This document shows positions 36,410 through 39,237 of a DNA stretch of 39,237 bases, in pieces. Within the stretch, counting starts at the first letter, position 1, and every line of letters starts with the position of its first letter. Origin of the DNA: a virus (taxonomy: Duplodnaviria; Caudoviricetes); IMG/VR virus record IMGVR_UViG_3300032130_000005, positions 1-39,237 of that record. One strand, given 5' to 3'. Below the pieces are notes generated by a model. It was not told where the DNA came from and did no database searches. It was given only the letters and a program-made list of their open reading frames with translations. Both the position numbers and the translations under genes were made by a program.

Positions 36410-37710
36410 CTTACAGCCTTAAGAATAATAGTATCAGTATTGATCCTACCGTTTAGTTTAATGTCTACAGCATTGATATTATCTAGATATGTACGCAGTT
36501 TAATCTTTCCACAATCTTTAAATTCTTTAAGTTTTTCTTCTGGCTTTCTAAGCGTCTTTTGAATAGATGTATCTGTAGCAAAACCTGTAATAGTTGTACC
36601 CTTAACACTTAATCCAGTTCCTTCACGTTCTAAATGCATTGGATCAATGCTACTAGCGATATACCTTCCCATTTTGCGTGTTTTAACATTAAACACCCAT
36701 AGTTCTTCACATCCTATAATATCGATAGGATTAATACTAGCTAGTTGAAATTTATCATCCTGACGTTTATACCTTAATTTAGAAATCAGCTTTTCTTTGC
36801 TACGTGGTGCTCGTTTGCGTGTTTTACGATTAGCTTTAGCAGTATCAATAACTACGCCCAATGCACCCATAAAATTGTTAAATCCATCTAATTTAAGTTG
36901 TAGCCCTTTTTTATCATAGCATGAATAAGCCTCTTTAAGTTGTTCAGCCCAGTCCTGCTCTTTCTCGGTCATTGTTGCTAGTTGCTTTTTAGATAAAGGA
37001 TTTAGCAATTCGTTTAGCTCTGCTATTTCGTCTTTATAAAATTCTATCATTCTTCTAGCATGAGCTTGGGTTGTTTTAACGTCAAGAAAATGGTTGCGGA
37101 AGTTAAAACCTTTAGGATTAAATTTATGTGGATTATCAACCCAGCTTTCTAGCCATGTATCAATTGCGTCTAATTGTAAATATGTTTGCTGTTGAATACG
37201 TTCTTGAATAGTAGGCTTAGGACCCCCTACTAGTTTTACTTTTGTTTCGTCTTCTTTTTTCTTTTCTTCTATCACTTTTTCCCCGTCAGTGAACAATGCA
37301 TTTAATTGTTTATGTATCCAATCTGTTGATGGCTTATTTTCCCCCATCAATCCCGGCATACTATCTATATATGCCTGTCCGCCTGGATGAATGTCCGGCA
37401 TACCTCTATTTAACATTCTGCATAAAGAACCAGTAGTGCCGTTGAAACGCCAGTCTGGATTTTTACTTATAACTTTAGCCTTGTCAGCCCACTCCTTTTT
37501 TGACTTGCAATACTCTAAGATCCAAGTTTTGTAATGTGAACTTTTATAGTCGTAACGATAAAAATCCATGGCGGCAGTTTTTGCTTGATGAAATTTTTCA
37601 GCAGAAAGGCTTAGACCGTTTGAAAGATCTGGTTCGTTCCCTTTAGTTCTTGTACGGGATACTCTTTTTTTCTTACGTGGAGTTCCTCTAAGATTAAGTC
37701 GTCGAGCCAC
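36406..37710 (-). CDS. Hypothetical protein of large myoviruses (basic, 434 aa)
   Basis: GTG start with AGGAG RBS; C-terminal LWVFNVKTRK...VKGTTI...QKTLRKP...NGRIN block. Confidence 0.75.
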   Translation of the reverse strand: MARRLNLRGTPRKKKRVSRTRTKGNEPDLSNGLSLSAEKFHQAKTAAMDFYRYDYKSSHYKTWILEYCKSKKEWADKAKVISKNPDWRFNGTTGSLCRMLNRGMPDIHPGGQAYIDSMPGLMGENKPSTDWIHKQLNALFTDGEKVIEEKKKEDETKVKLVGGPKPTIQERIQQQTYLQLDAIDTWLESWVDNPHKFNPKGFNFRNHFLDVKTTQAHARRMIEFYKDEIAELNELLNPLSKKQLATMTEKEQDWAEQLKEAYSCYDKKGLQLKLDGFNNFMGALGVVIDTAKANRKTRKRAPRSKEKLISKLRYKRQDDKFQLASINPIDIIGCEELWVFNVKTRKMGRYIASSIDPMHLEREGTGLSVKGTTITGFATDTSIQKTLRKPEEKLKEFKDCGKIKLRTYLDNINAVDIKLNGRINTDTIILKAVR

Positions 37711-37746
37711 CCATTATCTCCTTTGAAAATAGTTTCATCACTAGCT

Positions 37747-37780
37747 ATTATATAGCAAGGAAAATAAAAAGCAAGGAAAA
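37747..37780 (-). promoter_or_regulatory. Sigma70-like promoter with an 11-bp direct repeat
   Basis: TTGCTT-16 bp-TATAAT; AGCAAGGAAAA at 37754-37764 and 37770-37780. Confidence 0.45.
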
Positions 37781-37792
37781 GTGAGTTTTTTC

Positions 37793-39124
37793 TTAGAGTT
37801 TTTCGCCCAATTCAAATCCTCTAAAGCATTTGAATCTTGGAAATCGTAAACTATAAGTGTTTGAATCTTGTGATTTAGTACGGGCATCTGCTCTAATTTC
37901 AATTAAAACATTAATGAGCTTATCACGGCTAGCCCAGAAGCTATCACGTTCAGCGTCAGTGAAACCGCTTCCACAGTTAAGGTGATAATTGTGTCCATCG
38001 TCTTCTCCTTCTACAATGACAGCACCTAAACGTCCTTCATTACGCCCGGTACCTTCTTCAACTGCAATTACTTTTAAGGTTACTTCGATAAATGGTTTTA
38101 GCTTTAACCAATACGCAGAACGTTTACATTCATACGGTGCATCTAGATCTTTAATCATGATACCCTCGTATCCACCGTCTACAGCCGCTTTGTTTACGTT
38201 TGTGTACGTTTTTTGTCCTGCCTGGGTCTCTAGGTCTACTATCTCATGATCCAGCACTTGTACGTGCTCTAAGGCGTCTTTATGTGTTTCGTACCAATGC
38301 TTTAACATTAGTGTTCGTTGTTCTTGTGGTTTATCCCAACCACCTTCCAAGAAATCTTTTAATGGAATAAAATCGAAAAGATGTAAAATGGCGTCTTTAG
38401 CCGTAACATTACTTTTACGATGAACTTGTTTCATTAAGTCTTGGAAGTTATCGCTCATTACTTCTCCATCCAAAACTAAATCATATGGTGGAGGAGATTT
38501 TTTAACGACAGTTTGAATTTCGTCAATAATATGTTGAAAGTTTATAAACTGTTTTCCATTTCTGCTAAATTGTTCTATCTTACCATCTTTACGAACGATT
38601 GTTAAAACTCTTACACCGTCTAATTTAACTTCTAGCATTTTTCTACCAGTAAGTTTCTTTTCGTGTTTTGCAGAGTCTTGTGCTAGTTGGCAAGTAAATC
38701 TTGGAACTTCGTATTTGTCAAATCCATTTTTCTTAGCAACATTGTTTACAGTTTTTTCACTTACACCACAACGTAAATCTTTAATTAGGATTCTACGATA
38801 AAATCCATTCCATTGTTCTGCGGTTGCTGAACTCATTACAAGTTCAATGGCATCACGTGCCGCATGACCTGTAAGTTCTCGCTTATTAAGTTTTTCTGCT
38901 AAATTCTTAAAGACTTTCCAATCACAGCCTTGAGCTGACATTACTGTATCTTTTGTAGGGACTTTTTTGACGCCGAATGTGTATAGAGGATCTAAACACA
39001 TTTTTACTCCATCGAAGAACTCATCTAGTCCTTCGTTCATTGCGTCTAATAGGATTGCTTCTTTAGATAGACGTGAATTGTCTGCCTCTAGTTTTTCAAT
39101 TACTGCCTGTGGTTGGGTTCTCAT
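37793..39124 (-). CDS. lig: ATP-dependent DNA ligase
   Basis: Motif I EVKLDGVR, LDGE, LFD, EGIMIK, WLKLK, CGSGFTD, LRFPRF. Confidence 0.95.
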   Translation of the reverse strand: MRTQPQAVIEKLEADNSRLSKEAILLDAMNEGLDEFFDGVKMCLDPLYTFGVKKVPTKDTVMSAQGCDWKVFKNLAEKLNKRELTGHAARDAIELVMSSATAEQWNGFYRRILIKDLRCGVSEKTVNNVAKKNGFDKYEVPRFTCQLAQDSAKHEKKLTGRKMLEVKLDGVRVLTIVRKDGKIEQFSRNGKQFINFQHIIDEIQTVVKKSPPPYDLVLDGEVMSDNFQDLMKQVHRKSNVTAKDAILHLFDFIPLKDFLEGGWDKPQEQRTLMLKHWYETHKDALEHVQVLDHEIVDLETQAGQKTYTNVNKAAVDGGYEGIMIKDLDAPYECKRSAYWLKLKPFIEVTLKVIAVEEGTGRNEGRLGAVIVEGEDDGHNYHLNCGSGFTDAERDSFWASRDKLINVLIEIRADARTKSQDSNTYSLRFPRFKCFRGFELGEKL

Positions 39125-39155
39125 TTTGTGCCTCTTTTATTAATTTTATACTTAT

Positions 39156-39184
39156 AGTATAACATCCTAGCACCAATTTGTCAA
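39156..39184 (-). promoter_or_regulatory. Sigma70-type early promoter for the ligase
   Basis: TTGACA-17 bp-TATACT with an extended TGn. Confidence 0.8.
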
Positions 39185-39237
39185 CCTCTTTTTATTCTTT
39201 TTTTGGACAGGCTTCTTCAGTAGCTTTTAAACCATAT

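Noticed and set aside
37765-37776. T4 MotA box (TTGCTT) middle promoter
   Set aside because: Spacing to TATAAT is longer than for T4 middle promoters and there is no evidence of MotA; kept only as a generic promoter.
39192-39237. 3' end of an upstream - strand ORF (...YGLKATEEACPKKE*)
   Set aside because: Only 14 codons are visible, too little to call.

Overview
A 39 kb piece of a large, AT-rich (roughly 35% GC by eye) tailed dsDNA phage genome, most likely an environmental T4-like or RaK2/GAP32-like jumbo myovirus. The lineage is inferred from gene content only. Almost all genes are on the - strand. Left to right: MazG (truncated), GroES and a stand-alone DnaE fragment; a late, ATAAATA-promoter-driven virion block (Ig-repeat protein with an inserted alpha/beta-hydrolase, SbmA/BacA transporter, YHYH protein, two tandem S8 proteases, modular fibre proteins of 852, 909 and 2705 aa); an IscA/HesB Fe-S carrier; small membrane proteins and a GH73 muralytic enzyme; a modification cluster (glycosyltransferase, JmjC cupin, QueD, two 2OG-Fe(II) oxygenases, DUF115-like protein); an isolated + strand fibre gene with its chaperone; and an ATP-dependent DNA ligase. 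The signals that stand out most are: (1) a preQ1-I-riboswitch-like leader between a sigma70 promoter and queD; (2) apparent complete avoidance of GCWGC, with Ala-Ala recoded as GCSGC; (3) in-frame inverted DNA repeats and bracketed tip cassettes shared by oppositely oriented fibre genes; (4) phycobiliprotein-like C-E-R-D repeats in the giant fibre; (5) an alpha/beta-hydrolase with Asp at the nucleophile position inside a structural protein; (6) a DnaE split just before its catalytic aspartates. No tRNA, rRNA, CRISPR array or recombinase was recognised.
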